This document shows, piece by piece, positions 10,126 through 19,785 of a stretch of DNA of 64,000 bases (position 1 is the stretch's first letter; every line of letters starts with the position of its first letter). The stretch lies in NCBI GenBank assembly GCA_965201075.1, contig CBDAVP010000008.1:62001-126000 (forward strand), given 5' to 3'. The position numbers were made by a program, and so were the translations under genes. Below the pieces are notes generated by a model. The model was not told the origin of the DNA and did not search any database. It saw only the letters and a program-made list of their open reading frames with translations. Origin of the DNA: Isosphaeraceae bacterium. Lineage in GTDB: Bacteria > Planctomycetota > Planctomycetia > Isosphaerales > Isosphaeraceae.

Positions 10126-11124
10126 ATGCCCACCATGCTGCCCAAGGACTCGGGCCGAGCGACCCAGCGTCGCGCTTTGATCGTCATCCCCGGGACGGTC
10201 AACTACTTCTACAACCAGAGCGGCCGACGGATCGCCGACGCCCTCCAATCCCTGGGTGTCGCCGTCGACGTCCGAACCCTGAGCGATTGCGAAACGGGCG
10301 AATACGACTGGTGCCTCTTCTCCAACCTCGCCGAGGTCGTCCATAGCGTTGGCGGTGAAGGTTCCGCCCTTCCTCGAATTGCCGACCTTCGCGATCGCTG
10401 CGCGGTCCTGACCTCATGCGCCATCGACTGCGTTGGCACCCCCTGGTACCACCGCCTCCGCGAACTGGGCGCTCGCGCCGGCGTCCCGACAATTCTGGAC
10501 CTCGGCCTGCGAGACCAGACCGACGCCCTCCGGCCCGTCGACCGCGACGGCTACCGCTTCGTTTACTCCGGGCTGACCCCGACCGAACAACGCACCCTTG
10601 ACGCCCTCGACCCCGACGACCCGGGCCGCACGATCCCTTGGGCGTTCGTCGGCCACGTCACCGCTTACCGGGCCGCCCTGGTCGACCACCTGATCCAGCA
10701 GGTCGACCCCCGCGGCTTCGTGTACATCCCGCCGCTGTCCCCCTACACCGAAACCAACTCGCCCCACCTGAATCAAACCCAGTACGAGCAGGTGCTGGGT
10801 AAAACCCGTTACCAGGTCTGGTGCTCGCATCACTCTCACTTCTACATGGAACCCGAGCGGTTCCGCACGTCCCTGCTGACCGGCGGCGTGCCGATCAAGA
10901 TCATCGACGACCGCCACCAGCAGCCCGCCGGCGCCCCTCTCGACTACCTGATGATCGAGGCCGCCGAGGTCGGGTCGATCCGGTCCGATCACGCCTTCGC
11001 CCGCCTCCGCCGCCGCTTCGTCCAGGACTGGGCACGCTTCCCTAGCCTGGCGCAAGAGTTAGTCACCGTGCTTTCCGAGGCGGGGATCACCCTCCCGGAT
11101 TCCTCGGTGACCCGGGCCGCCTGA
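10126..11124 (+). CDS. Hypothetical protein, possibly a divergent GT-B glycosyltransferase
   Basis: Operonic between two GT2 genes, native codon usage; WAFVG...YEQVL...EPERF...LLTGGVPI resembles a GT-B C-terminal nucleotide-sugar domain. Confidence 0.6.
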   Translation: MPTMLPKDSGRATQRRALIVIPGTVNYFYNQSGRRIADALQSLGVAVDVRTLSDCETGEYDWCLFSNLAEVVHSVGGEGSALPRIADLRDRCAVLTSCAIDCVGTPWYHRLRELGARAGVPTILDLGLRDQTDALRPVDRDGYRFVYSGLTPTEQRTLDALDPDDPGRTIPWAFVGHVTAYRAALVDHLIQQVDPRGFVYIPPLSPYTETNSPHLNQTQYEQVLGKTRYQVWCSHHSHFYMEPERFRTSLLTGGVPIKIIDDRHQQPAGAPLDYLMIEAAEVGSIRSDHAFARLRRRFVQDWARFPSLAQELVTVLSEAGITLPDSSVTRAA

Positions 11125-11183
11125 TCCACAGAGCCCCCCGTCACCCCTACCGTCAAACTCTCCCGCGGCAGGAGCCCCCGCCG

Positions 11184-11969
11184 ATGAATGCCGAGGCCCG
11201 AGATGGCGTCACCATCGCCATCCCCAACTGGAACCACGAGATCCTCCTGCCCCGCTCCATCGACTCGGCCCTGCGCGCCCTGGCCATCCTCCGCGAACGA
11301 GGTATCCCCGGCGAGGTCGTGGTCATCGACGACCACTCCCGAGACGGCTCGCTGACCCTCCTGCGTCGCCTGGAAGCCCAATACTATAAGGATGGGTTTC
11401 GCCTGCTGGCCTTCCCCGCCAACGGGGGGCTCGCGGCGAACCGCAACCAGGCGCTCGTCCACGGACGCTTCCGCTACGTCGCCTTCCTCGACGCCGACAA
11501 CGAGTTGATCCCTGAAAATCTCCCCTCGTTCGTCGAAACGCTCCGCCAGACTCACGCCGCCGCCGCCTACGGGACGTTGCTGGTCCGCTCGGCCGCCGCC
11601 GAACAGTCGCACTGGGTCCTCAGCAGCGAGAGCCTCCAGTACAAGCTCTTCCAGGGTAACTACATCGACGCCTTTGCCCTCTTCGACCGCACCCAGCTTC
11701 TCGACGTCGGCGGCTACGACATTTCGTACCAGACCTGGGAAGACTACGAACTCTGGATGCACCTGGCCACCAACGGACGCACCATCGTCTTCGTCCCGAT
11801 GGTCTTCGGCTACTATTACGCCTTGCCGGTCTCGATGGCGCTCGACGCCACCAAGCACCTGCCCACCCAGAACCGACTCAAACGCATATACGACCAGGTC
11901 GACGTCCGCAAGCACCTCAAGATGAACACCCACCAACTGCGCTACCACCCCGAGGTCGGCCACCTTTGA
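11184..11969 (+). CDS. Family 2 glycosyltransferase
   Basis: TIAIPNWN, IDDHSRDG, NGGLAANRN, FLDAD, EDYELW. Confidence 0.92.
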   Translation: MNAEARDGVTIAIPNWNHEILLPRSIDSALRALAILRERGIPGEVVVIDDHSRDGSLTLLRRLEAQYYKDGFRLLAFPANGGLAANRNQALVHGRFRYVAFLDADNELIPENLPSFVETLRQTHAAAAYGTLLVRSAAAEQSHWVLSSESLQYKLFQGNYIDAFALFDRTQLLDVGGYDISYQTWEDYELWMHLATNGRTIVFVPMVFGYYYALPVSMALDATKHLPTQNRLKRIYDQVDVRKHLKMNTHQLRYHPEVGHL

Positions 11970-12062
11970 ACTCGGGCGGGACGAAACGAGCGCGGGATGA
12001 ACTTAAGGGTCGCAAATATCCGATCCTAGAATCGGGACCCGTCAGGCAAGGGAATACGACTC

Positions 12063-13100
12063 ATGACCCAGTTGATGCACGACGGCCGGAAACCCAGGCC
12101 CTCGATCCTGACGACCTTCCGGCCGATCGAGGATTACTGGGGGACTCTCAACCATCAAGGCCCAACGGGCTCGGGGCTGGACGACCGCCTGAACCCGCTC
12201 GACGCCTTCCTGATCCACCTCATCCTGGAATTCGCCCCCGGCCTCCCCGCTTTGGTCGACCTGGCCTCCGAGGGACTCCAAGGCGCCTCCAGTCTGATCG
12301 GCCTGAACCATCCGCACGTCCGCCGGGTGGTGGCCGCCACCGGCCTCGACACCGCCGGCGCGTCGAAGGGGCTCGCCTCGCTCCGCCGACACCTGCGAGG
12401 CTGCCCCGGCGTGGCGCCGCTGGACGTCGTACCGCGGACCGCCCTCGCCGCCGAGTTGGCCGACCAGTCCGGCCTCATCTTCCTGGCTGATGCCCGTCAA
12501 GAGGCTTCCAACTCCCTGGCCGACACGGTCCGGGAGTGGCTCGACGACCGACCCGACGCCCTGACTCTGGTCCTTAGGCTCGGTCGCGTCGGCGACTGCC
12601 CAGCCATCGAGGATCTCCTCGGACTGGCCGCCGGTCACTCCGAATTCCGCCTGGTTCTGGGCCGAGAGCTCGAGGAATCACTGGCCGCCAGCGACTTGGG
12701 CGTCGTCGCCCGTCGAGACCATCCCTTCGCGGCCGACGTCCTGGAGCGCATCCGTCTCCTCCACGCTGGCAATCACCGGCAACTCGATCTGCTCAAAGCC
12801 GTGAATCGCGCCGCGATGCTCGAGGCGAAGGTCGATGACGAGGTGGCCCGATCTCACCCCTCATTCGGCCCACTCCGCGACGAGATCGCCCGCCACCAGC
12901 ACGATGCCGACGCCGCCCAGGCTCGAGCCGACCAGGCGTCGCACGCCCTGGCCGCCGCCCACGACCAAATCCACGCCCTGACCGTCGCCCTCCACGCCGA
13001 GCAGCGGGCGAACCTTCTCGGCCGCGTCCGCCGCCGACTGGCCAGGACCCCAGCGGGGCAGGTCTGGCGCCAAGCGAAACGAACGCTCCGAGGCCACTGA
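12063..13100 (+). CDS. Hypothetical protein: degenerate methyltransferase-like N-domain plus C-terminal coiled coil
   Basis: LVDLASEGLQGASSL and LIFLAD resemble degenerate class I MTase motifs; Ala/Gln/His-rich coiled coil ending RTPAGQVWRQAKR. Confidence 0.6.
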   Translation: MTQLMHDGRKPRPSILTTFRPIEDYWGTLNHQGPTGSGLDDRLNPLDAFLIHLILEFAPGLPALVDLASEGLQGASSLIGLNHPHVRRVVAATGLDTAGASKGLASLRRHLRGCPGVAPLDVVPRTALAAELADQSGLIFLADARQEASNSLADTVREWLDDRPDALTLVLRLGRVGDCPAIEDLLGLAAGHSEFRLVLGRELEESLAASDLGVVARRDHPFAADVLERIRLLHAGNHRQLDLLKAVNRAAMLEAKVDDEVARSHPSFGPLRDEIARHQHDADAAQARADQASHALAAAHDQIHALTVALHAEQRANLLGRVRRRLARTPAGQVWRQAKRTLRGH

Positions 13101-13164
13101 CCTCGGTCGGCCCCTCCGCCATCGGCACGATCCCCTTTTCCTCGGCCCGCGAGCCCGACGACTC

Positions 13165-14130
13165 ATGGAACCTTCCCGAGTGGATCGGCTGCAACGCCTC
13201 CTTCCCATCCTGGCCTGCCCAACTTGCCGGGGTCCGCTGGAGCCGATGACCGATGCCCTGCGCTGCTCGGCCTGCTCGCGGAATTTCCCGATTGTCGAGG
13301 GCCGCCCGACGTTCCTACCCGGCCTCGGCGAACGCCCCCGCGTCATGCCCGCCGACAAGATCAGCAACGCGCTCGATGACCAGTTCGCCGTGATGTTCGA
13401 CACGACCCGCGGTTGGTCGCTCAACCTCGGAGCCGGCGGGACCGCCCACGCCTTCGACCGTTGCGTCGAGGTGGAATACGCGATCTTCCGCCACACCGAC
13501 GTCGCCGCCGACGCCCACGCCTTGCCCTTCGCCTCGGAAGTCTTCGATAACGTGGTCAGCTTCAACACCTTCGAGCACCTGGCCGAGCCCCACCGCGCCG
13601 CCGCCGAAATCTTCCGCGTCCTGAAACCCGGCGGCCGGGTCGTCATTCAGACCGCGTTCCTGCAACCGCTCCACGAGTCTCCGCACCATTACTACAACGC
13701 GACCGAGTTCGGCCTCCGTCGCTGGTTCGCCGACTTCCCCGACGCCCAGGTCTCCGTCCCCCGCAACTTCCAGCCGGCCTACGTTCTTGGCTGGACCATC
13801 AACCGCATCTTGAACGCGGTCTCCTGGACGCAGGGGCCCGAGGCACGCGACCGCTACGGCGCCATGACCCTGGGCCAGTGGTCCGAGTTCTGGAACCAGC
13901 TGGGCCAACGGTGGAATCCCGAGTTCGAGGCCCTCGCCGACCTGCCCGCCTGCGCGCAAAGCGAGCTCGCCGCCGGTTTCGAGCTCGACGCCACCAAGCC
14001 GCCAGCACCGGCACCCGCACCGGCCCCGCCCGCACCCCGGGCCGAGTCAGAAGCCTTGGCGGTGAAACGCCCAAGGGCCTGGGATCGTCTATCCGACCGA
14101 CTTCGGACGGTCTCGCGACGATCCGCATGA
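13165..14130 (+). CDS. Class I SAM-dependent methyltransferase with an N-terminal Trm112-like zinc ribbon
   Basis: LACPTC...CSAC...FPIVEG; NLGAG, DAHALPF, FEHL, RVLKPGG. Confidence 0.88.
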   Translation: MEPSRVDRLQRLLPILACPTCRGPLEPMTDALRCSACSRNFPIVEGRPTFLPGLGERPRVMPADKISNALDDQFAVMFDTTRGWSLNLGAGGTAHAFDRCVEVEYAIFRHTDVAADAHALPFASEVFDNVVSFNTFEHLAEPHRAAAEIFRVLKPGGRVVIQTAFLQPLHESPHHYYNATEFGLRRWFADFPDAQVSVPRNFQPAYVLGWTINRILNAVSWTQGPEARDRYGAMTLGQWSEFWNQLGQRWNPEFEALADLPACAQSELAAGFELDATKPPAPAPAPAPPAPRAESEALAVKRPRAWDRLSDRLRTVSRRSA

Positions 14131-14865
14131 ACCGCGAATCTCGCCCGACTCTTTAGGTTCCGCTTCGATCCGGCCCAAAATCTCCGCTGGCGGCCCCGAA
14201 GCGACCACTCGCCCCTCCTCAAGAACATGGACGGTGTCGGCGACCCGGCGGGCGAACGGGACGTCATGAGTCACCACGACAATCGTCTGACCCTCCGCCG
14301 CCAGGCCCGCCAGCACTCCATGCAACTGCTCCACTCGGGGCGGGTCCAGGGCACTCGTCGGTTCGTCGAAAAGCAAAACCTCCGGCCCCATCGCCAGCGC
14401 CCGCGCGATCGCGACTCGCTGCTGCTGCCCCCCCGATAGCTGCGAAGGCCGCGCCTCCAGGCGGTCGCCCATTCCCACCTTCTCCAGCAACGTCCGTGCC
14501 CGCGCCTCGGCCTCACCCTTCGGCAGTTTCAGGACATATCGCGGACCCTCGGCCACGTTGGCCAACGCCGACCGATGAGGGAACAGGTGAAATGCCTGGA
14601 AGACCATCCCCACCCGGCGACGAATCTCCCTCAAGGCCAACTCCCGAGCCCTCGCGACCATTCCCACCTCCAGCCGCAGCCCGGCAACCTCAACGGAGCC
14701 TCCCTCGAACCGCTCCAGGCCATTAAGGCACCGCAAGAACGTGCTTTTCCCCCCTCCCGAGGGCCCCACGATCGCAGCGACCTCCCCTCGACGCACATCG
14801 AGACTCACCCCTCGCAAGACGTCCCACTCGCCGTGACGCTTCACCAGGTCCCGCACTCGGATCAT
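14089..14865 (-). CDS. Polar amino acid ABC transporter ATP-binding subunit (GlnQ-like)
   Basis: ATG at 14865 overlaps the upstream TGA; GPSGGGKS, LSGGQQQR, FDEPTSALD, VVTH. Confidence 0.93.
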   Translation of the reverse strand: MIRVRDLVKRHGEWDVLRGVSLDVRRGEVAAIVGPSGGGKSTFLRCLNGLERFEGGSVEVAGLRLEVGMVARARELALREIRRRVGMVFQAFHLFPHRSALANVAEGPRYVLKLPKGEAEARARTLLEKVGMGDRLEARPSQLSGGQQQRVAIARALAMGPEVLLFDEPTSALDPPRVEQLHGVLAGLAAEGQTIVVVTHDVPFARRVADTVHVLEEGRVVASGPPAEILGRIEAEPKESGEIRGSCGSSRDRPKSVG

Positions 14866-16427
14866 CCCCCCACCCCCTTCCGCGCCACGGCCGTCTGGGC
14901 GAGGCGTCGCTCCGACCAGCGGGCGAACCACGACAGGGGGAGACTCATCGCCAGGTACAACACCGACGCCGCGACCGCGAACTCCAGCACCCCGCCCGTC
15001 GCGTTGGCCAGGATCTGATACTCCTTGCTCAGTTCGACCAGCGTGATCACCGAGCAAACCGAGGTATCCTTGAACAGGGCGATGAAGTCGTTGGTCACCG
15101 GCGGGATCACGATCCGCACCGCCTGCGGCACGACGACCCGTCGCAGAGCGAGTCTCCGCGACATTCCCAGCGCCAGCGCCGCTTCCATCTGCCCCACGGG
15201 AACCGCCTGGAGCCCGGCCCGATAGATTTCCGCTTCATAGGCCGAATAGTTGATCGCCAATCCCCCAATCCCCGCCGCCAGAGCCGGCCACTTCAACAGG
15301 TAAAACAGCACGAACAGTTGCAACATCAGGGGAGTGCCCCGAATCAGCTCCACATACCCAGCCAGCAACCAACGCAACGGGGTCGGGCCATAAAGCCGGC
15401 CCAGCGCCACGCTCAACCCCAGGACGATCGCGATCGGCATCGCCACCATCGACAGCAGGAGAGTGATCCCGGCCGCCTCGACCAGCAACGGCCCATACTT
15501 CGCAATCAGCGACCAGCCCCGCGACGCCTCGTGAGTTCCGTTGGTCGCCGGCATGCTTCGCGGCCACTCGGCCAAATCCCGCTGGGCCTCGGTCCAGATC
15601 CCGTAACGCTCATACAACTTCCGCAACGCTCCCGACCCCACCAGCCGTCCAATCTCCCCATCCAGAACGGCCTTCAGCGCCGCCTGATCCTTTCCCACAT
15701 AGATGACATACCAACCCCGCCCCACCGGATCACCGGCCGCCACCAGTCGGGGATATTGCGAGGCATAGAACCGCGCCGCCGGCAGATCCTGGAGCGTGGC
15801 ATCAACCTGGCCGTTCTGAGTCGCCAGCATCGCATCGGTCGACCCGGTGAAGGCCACCGGCGTCACCGTCTCCACCGCCCCCTTGGCGAATTCCTCCGCC
15901 GCCGACCCGCCCAGCACCCCCAACCGCCAACGGCCTCCCCCGGGTGGTGGCTGCAACAGGTTGTCCCAGGAGCGAATCCGCCCCCCGCCCGGGGCCATCA
16001 ACTGAAGCTGATAAACGTAGTAAGGCCGGGTCGCCAGGTAATCCCGCGCCCGTCGCTCGGTCAGTTCATAGCCGTTGACAACCGCGTCGATCCGCCCGCC
16101 GTCCAGCACGTTGAGCAACTGGTCCCACTGTCCCTGGGCGAAGGTCGCCTCGACTCCCAACCCCTTCGCCAGCTCCGCCATCAACTCGACCTCGAACCCC
16201 GTCACCCCTCGGGGCGATCGCGGGTCGGGGTAGGCATAAGGGCCACCCCCTTCCTGGTCGCAGCCATAGATTAAGCGACCCGTCCGCCGGATCCCCTCCA
16301 GCGCATCGGACCTCGACGACGGACCGCAACCGGAAACCAGAACAATCGAGCCGCACAATAACGCCAGGACGTGGTGGGCAATCCGCCGAGGGCTTGGGGA
16401 AGTTGGACCAGGGGCGGGTTGTTCCAT
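14862..16427 (-). CDS. Fused amino acid ABC transporter substrate-binding + permease protein
   Basis: Lipobox-like LVSGC; SBP_bac_3 domain (GFEVEL); permease RGTPL, AEIYRAG, GQMEAALALG, KDTS; start taken at ATG 16427. Confidence 0.88.
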   Translation of the reverse strand: MEQPAPGPTSPSPRRIAHHVLALLCGSIVLVSGCGPSSRSDALEGIRRTGRLIYGCDQEGGGPYAYPDPRSPRGVTGFEVELMAELAKGLGVEATFAQGQWDQLLNVLDGGRIDAVVNGYELTERRARDYLATRPYYVYQLQLMAPGGGRIRSWDNLLQPPPGGGRWRLGVLGGSAAEEFAKGAVETVTPVAFTGSTDAMLATQNGQVDATLQDLPAARFYASQYPRLVAAGDPVGRGWYVIYVGKDQAALKAVLDGEIGRLVGSGALRKLYERYGIWTEAQRDLAEWPRSMPATNGTHEASRGWSLIAKYGPLLVEAAGITLLLSMVAMPIAIVLGLSVALGRLYGPTPLRWLLAGYVELIRGTPLMLQLFVLFYLLKWPALAAGIGGLAINYSAYEAEIYRAGLQAVPVGQMEAALALGMSRRLALRRVVVPQAVRIVIPPVTNDFIALFKDTSVCSVITLVELSKEYQILANATGGVLEFAVAASVLYLAMSLPLSWFARWSERRLAQTAVARKGVGG

Positions 16428-16481
16428 CAAGACGACCGCTTTCAAAAAAAAGGAACCACCGACCGAACCGCCCCCGATGGG

Positions 16482-17684
16482 TCATTCCTCGGGACGGGGA
16501 TGCGAGCGGAGCTTGCGAACTCGGCGAACCCGTCGGCGGACTTTCCGGGGCACCGAGGCCTGACGCAGTCGTGTCGTCTTCCCCACCAGGAACCGATGTC
16601 CCCGCCACTGCACCCGGCGGTTCACCAGGGCGTCGCACCACACCGGCAGCAGGAACAGATCCTTCAAGGGGACCATCGCTAGGTCACGCAGTCTGGGCAG
16701 ACTCCCTCGCAGCCAGTAGGCGCAAAACGCGTCCCGAACGATCCCCAGGCCCACCAGCCCCAGCAATCCGCCCCAGGCCACGCCCGAATCATCCGACAGG
16801 GCCCAGACAAGTCCGACCACCGACAGGTTCGCCAGCGGCTCAATAATGAAGGCGGGGAACGCCATCCGTCGACGGATCTTGAACCATCGCGAGTGCCGGT
16901 TCAGGAACCAGCGGAAGTCTCGGGAAATGTTAACATTGTGGATGACATGATGACTTAGCCGTAGCCGATACCCCGCCTTGCGCACCTTGACACCGATCGC
17001 CTGGTCCTCGGCCAGCAGGTTCCGCACCGAGGCGAACCCTCCCACGGCTTCCAGGGCCCTGACCGGCATCATCATCGACTTGCCCACCACGCAGGTCGCC
17101 CCAATCACCTGCGCCAGCGCCACCCCGCCGGCGATGAAGCCGTTGAGATGCAAGTTTTCCAGGGACGCCCCGAAATGCTCCTCTCCCACGCCGGTGAACA
17201 GGTTCGACACCAGCCCCACCCCCGGGTCGGCCAGGTAGCAAGCCGTCTCACGGAGGTAGGTGGGGCGGACGACGACGTTGGAGTCACTGATGAGGATCGT
17301 GTCATGCTTGCGGAACCGATCCATCGCCGCCAGGTTCTCGACCTTGGGATTCAGGCCGAACGTCGGGTTGCCCACGATGAGGCGGGCATCCTGGCCGGGA
17401 AATTCGCGCAACAGTTTCTGCACGACCCCCACGGCCGGGTCGGCGGGGTCGGCCACGCCAAAGAGGAGCTGATAAGTTGGGTAATCCAACCGAAAGAAAC
17501 TGCGCAAATTCGCTTCTAGCCCCTCGTCGACCCCTTTGAGCGGCTTGAAGATGGTGACTGGCGGGGTGAAATCGGGCAGATTGGACCGTCGGCGGGTGGC
17601 CCAGATCAGCGACAGCGTTGAGCAGACCGTCACGGCCACGGCGAAGGTGGCGACCAGCCCGATCAACAAGGCCCCGTCGATCAT
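16482..17684 (-). CDS. Ceramide glucosyltransferase-like (GT21/HpnI-like) glycosyltransferase
   Basis: KPLKG, NPKVENL, ISDSN, GKSM, LAED, RHSRW (Q/RxxRW); start taken at ATG 17684 (MIDGALL). Confidence 0.85.
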   Translation of the reverse strand: MIDGALLIGLVATFAVAVTVCSTLSLIWATRRRSNLPDFTPPVTIFKPLKGVDEGLEANLRSFFRLDYPTYQLLFGVADPADPAVGVVQKLLREFPGQDARLIVGNPTFGLNPKVENLAAMDRFRKHDTILISDSNVVVRPTYLRETACYLADPGVGLVSNLFTGVGEEHFGASLENLHLNGFIAGGVALAQVIGATCVVGKSMMMPVRALEAVGGFASVRNLLAEDQAIGVKVRKAGYRLRLSHHVIHNVNISRDFRWFLNRHSRWFKIRRRMAFPAFIIEPLANLSVVGLVWALSDDSGVAWGGLLGLVGLGIVRDAFCAYWLRGSLPRLRDLAMVPLKDLFLLPVWCDALVNRRVQWRGHRFLVGKTTRLRQASVPRKVRRRVRRVRKLRSHPRPEE

Positions 17685-17933
17685 CGCGAAGCATCCCCGG
17701 CGGGACCGCCGCCGTCGGAGGGGGGACAGGACGCGAGGGGGAAACAAAGCAGGCGGGTTGGGGGTCGAGCGGCCCGCGTCGTAATAGCGGGCCCGGAATG
17801 GGCGTGGGCTCACTCGATCCCGGCCCCTCGCGTGGCCGGACGCCTTCCAGCCCCGGATCTTATCCGATCAAGGCCACTCGACCAAGAGGTTTCCGGCCGC
17901 GTTCGCGGGGGTTCCCCGGGTCAAACCCACCGC

Positions 17934-18395
17934 TCAACTCGGCTTGCGGCGCCTCAGCAGTCCGGGACTTGGCCGAGGCGAGGCCGACGGGACCGAGCGG
18001 TCCAGAACCGGAATCTCGCCCGAGGACGACGAGCCGGGCGGTTCGGCCACTTTGGCCAGGGCCCCCGGCACGTCGGCCGTGAACGCGAACAGGCGAGCGA
18101 TCTGGCTGACGCGGAACACTTCCATCACGTTGGGGTCGACGTTGCAAAAAACGACTCGGCCCCCCGCCGGATGCGACAACTTTCGCAACGACAGAAATCC
18201 CCCCAGGGCCGCCGACCCGGCGAAGGCCACGCCGTTGAGGTCCACCACCAGATCGGGCCGGCCTCCCGAGCGGATGTGGCCCTCGAACTCCCGGCGAAGG
18301 TCCTGGATCGGCGCCGGATCGAGACGGAGGCAGTCCCAGAACTCGGCAAGCAGAACTCCGTCCTGCTGTTGGACTTGGACCGCGGGCTTGAGCAT
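17934..18395 (-). CDS. STAS-domain anti-anti-sigma factor
   Basis: LVVDLNGVAFAGSAALG (conserved phospho-Ser region), CNVDPNVMEVF; start ATG 18395. Confidence 0.85.
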   Translation of the reverse strand: MLKPAVQVQQQDGVLLAEFWDCLRLDPAPIQDLRREFEGHIRSGGRPDLVVDLNGVAFAGSAALGGFLSLRKLSHPAGGRVVFCNVDPNVMEVFRVSQIARLFAFTADVPGALAKVAEPPGSSSSGEIPVLDRSVPSASPRPSPGLLRRRKPS

Positions 18396-18670
18396 GGTGG
18401 TGGAATCGTGCGGGGCCGTCGAAAGACCGAAGCGACTCGCCGCGAGGGGGGAGCGGAGTAGGAACGGGGCGGGCAACCCCATCGTCAACGCCTCTTGCAC
18501 TCTCATCATAGCCGATTGTTCAAGAAGCGGCGAGGGAGGCCCGGCGCGGCCCCCGGCACACGATATGTTATCCTTCCGGATAGACCCAGCGCCCAAGAGC
18601 CCGCCCCCACCGCCGACCCGATCCTCGACGCGACTCCTTGGGCGACCGGCCCGCGAAAGGATCTTGAGCG

Positions 18671-19660
18671 ATGCGTTGCGCACTCCTCTGCCTCGCCGTC
18701 TGGACTTCCTCGGCCGTCCCGGCTTGGGCCCAGCAGGATTGGACCGCTTCGGTCTTTCCCGAGCGCTCCCACGACCTTGGCACTGTCGCCCGAGGGTCCA
18801 AGGTTCGCCACGCCTTCCGGGTCGTCAACACGACCAGCCAGGACATCCACATCGCCGATTCCCGCACCAAGTGCGGCTGCACCGAGGTCCGCATCGGCGC
18901 CCGAGATATCCCCCCCGGCACCCAGACCGTCGTCGAGGCCGTCATCGACACCACGAAGTTCGTCGGCTACAAGCCCTCGGGCCTGACCCTGGTCATCGAC
19001 CGGCCCTTCTACGCCGAAGTCGACCTCAACCTTTCCTGCTTCATCCGCGGAGATGTCACCCTGAACCCCGGAGTCGTCGACTTCGGCGTCACCACTCGCG
19101 CTGCCCAACCGGCGGTTACGCTTCTGCTGACCTACGCCGGTGGCCAGCCGAACTGGGACATCACCGACATGAAGACCATTAGCGACAACCTCACCGCCCA
19201 GATGCGTCTGGTCAGTCGATCGGGCGGGACGGCTCAGTACCAACTCACGGCCACGCTGAAGCCCTCGGCCCCGAGTGGCTATTTCAAGGACGAGATCACT
19301 CTCAAGACCAACGACCCCAGCAGCCCGTCGATCCCCATCTCGGTTGTCGGCAACATCCAGGCGGCCGTAACGGTCTCTCCGTCAATCATCAATCTCGGCC
19401 AGGTCAAGGCCGGCGAAACCGTCTCGAAAACGATCCTGATCCGGGCCTCGCAACCGTTCCGCGTCACGGAGGTGAAGTCCAAGAAGGATAGCCTGACCGT
19501 GGCCAAGCCCGCCGACGCCGCACGGCCGTTCCACTCCCTGACCATGACCCTGAAAGCCCCCTCCGACGCTGGCCCCTACAACGCCTCGGTCGAGATCAGC
19601 ACCGACGTGAAGGACGAGCCTCCCGCGAAACTCACCGCCTTCGCCACGGTCGTCCGTTGA
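18671..19660 (+). CDS. Secreted DUF1573-domain (Ig-like) protein
   Basis: Signal peptide (AWA|Q), HDLG, KCGCT, IPPG, repeated beta-sandwich segments. Confidence 0.85.
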   Translation: MRCALLCLAVWTSSAVPAWAQQDWTASVFPERSHDLGTVARGSKVRHAFRVVNTTSQDIHIADSRTKCGCTEVRIGARDIPPGTQTVVEAVIDTTKFVGYKPSGLTLVIDRPFYAEVDLNLSCFIRGDVTLNPGVVDFGVTTRAAQPAVTLLLTYAGGQPNWDITDMKTISDNLTAQMRLVSRSGGTAQYQLTATLKPSAPSGYFKDEITLKTNDPSSPSIPISVVGNIQAAVTVSPSIINLGQVKAGETVSKTILIRASQPFRVTEVKSKKDSLTVAKPADAARPFHSLTMTLKAPSDAGPYNASVEISTDVKDEPPAKLTAFATVVR

Positions 19661-19785
19661 CGAGACGCCACGCATCCACCCGCCCCCCGCTCGCTCGCCG
19701 TTGACACCAATCCCGAGCCGCCCTAAGCTGTCCCCTCGCTGCCGGCGATGGACAGCCGGGCCCTCGGGGGCGGGGGGAAGCGGGG

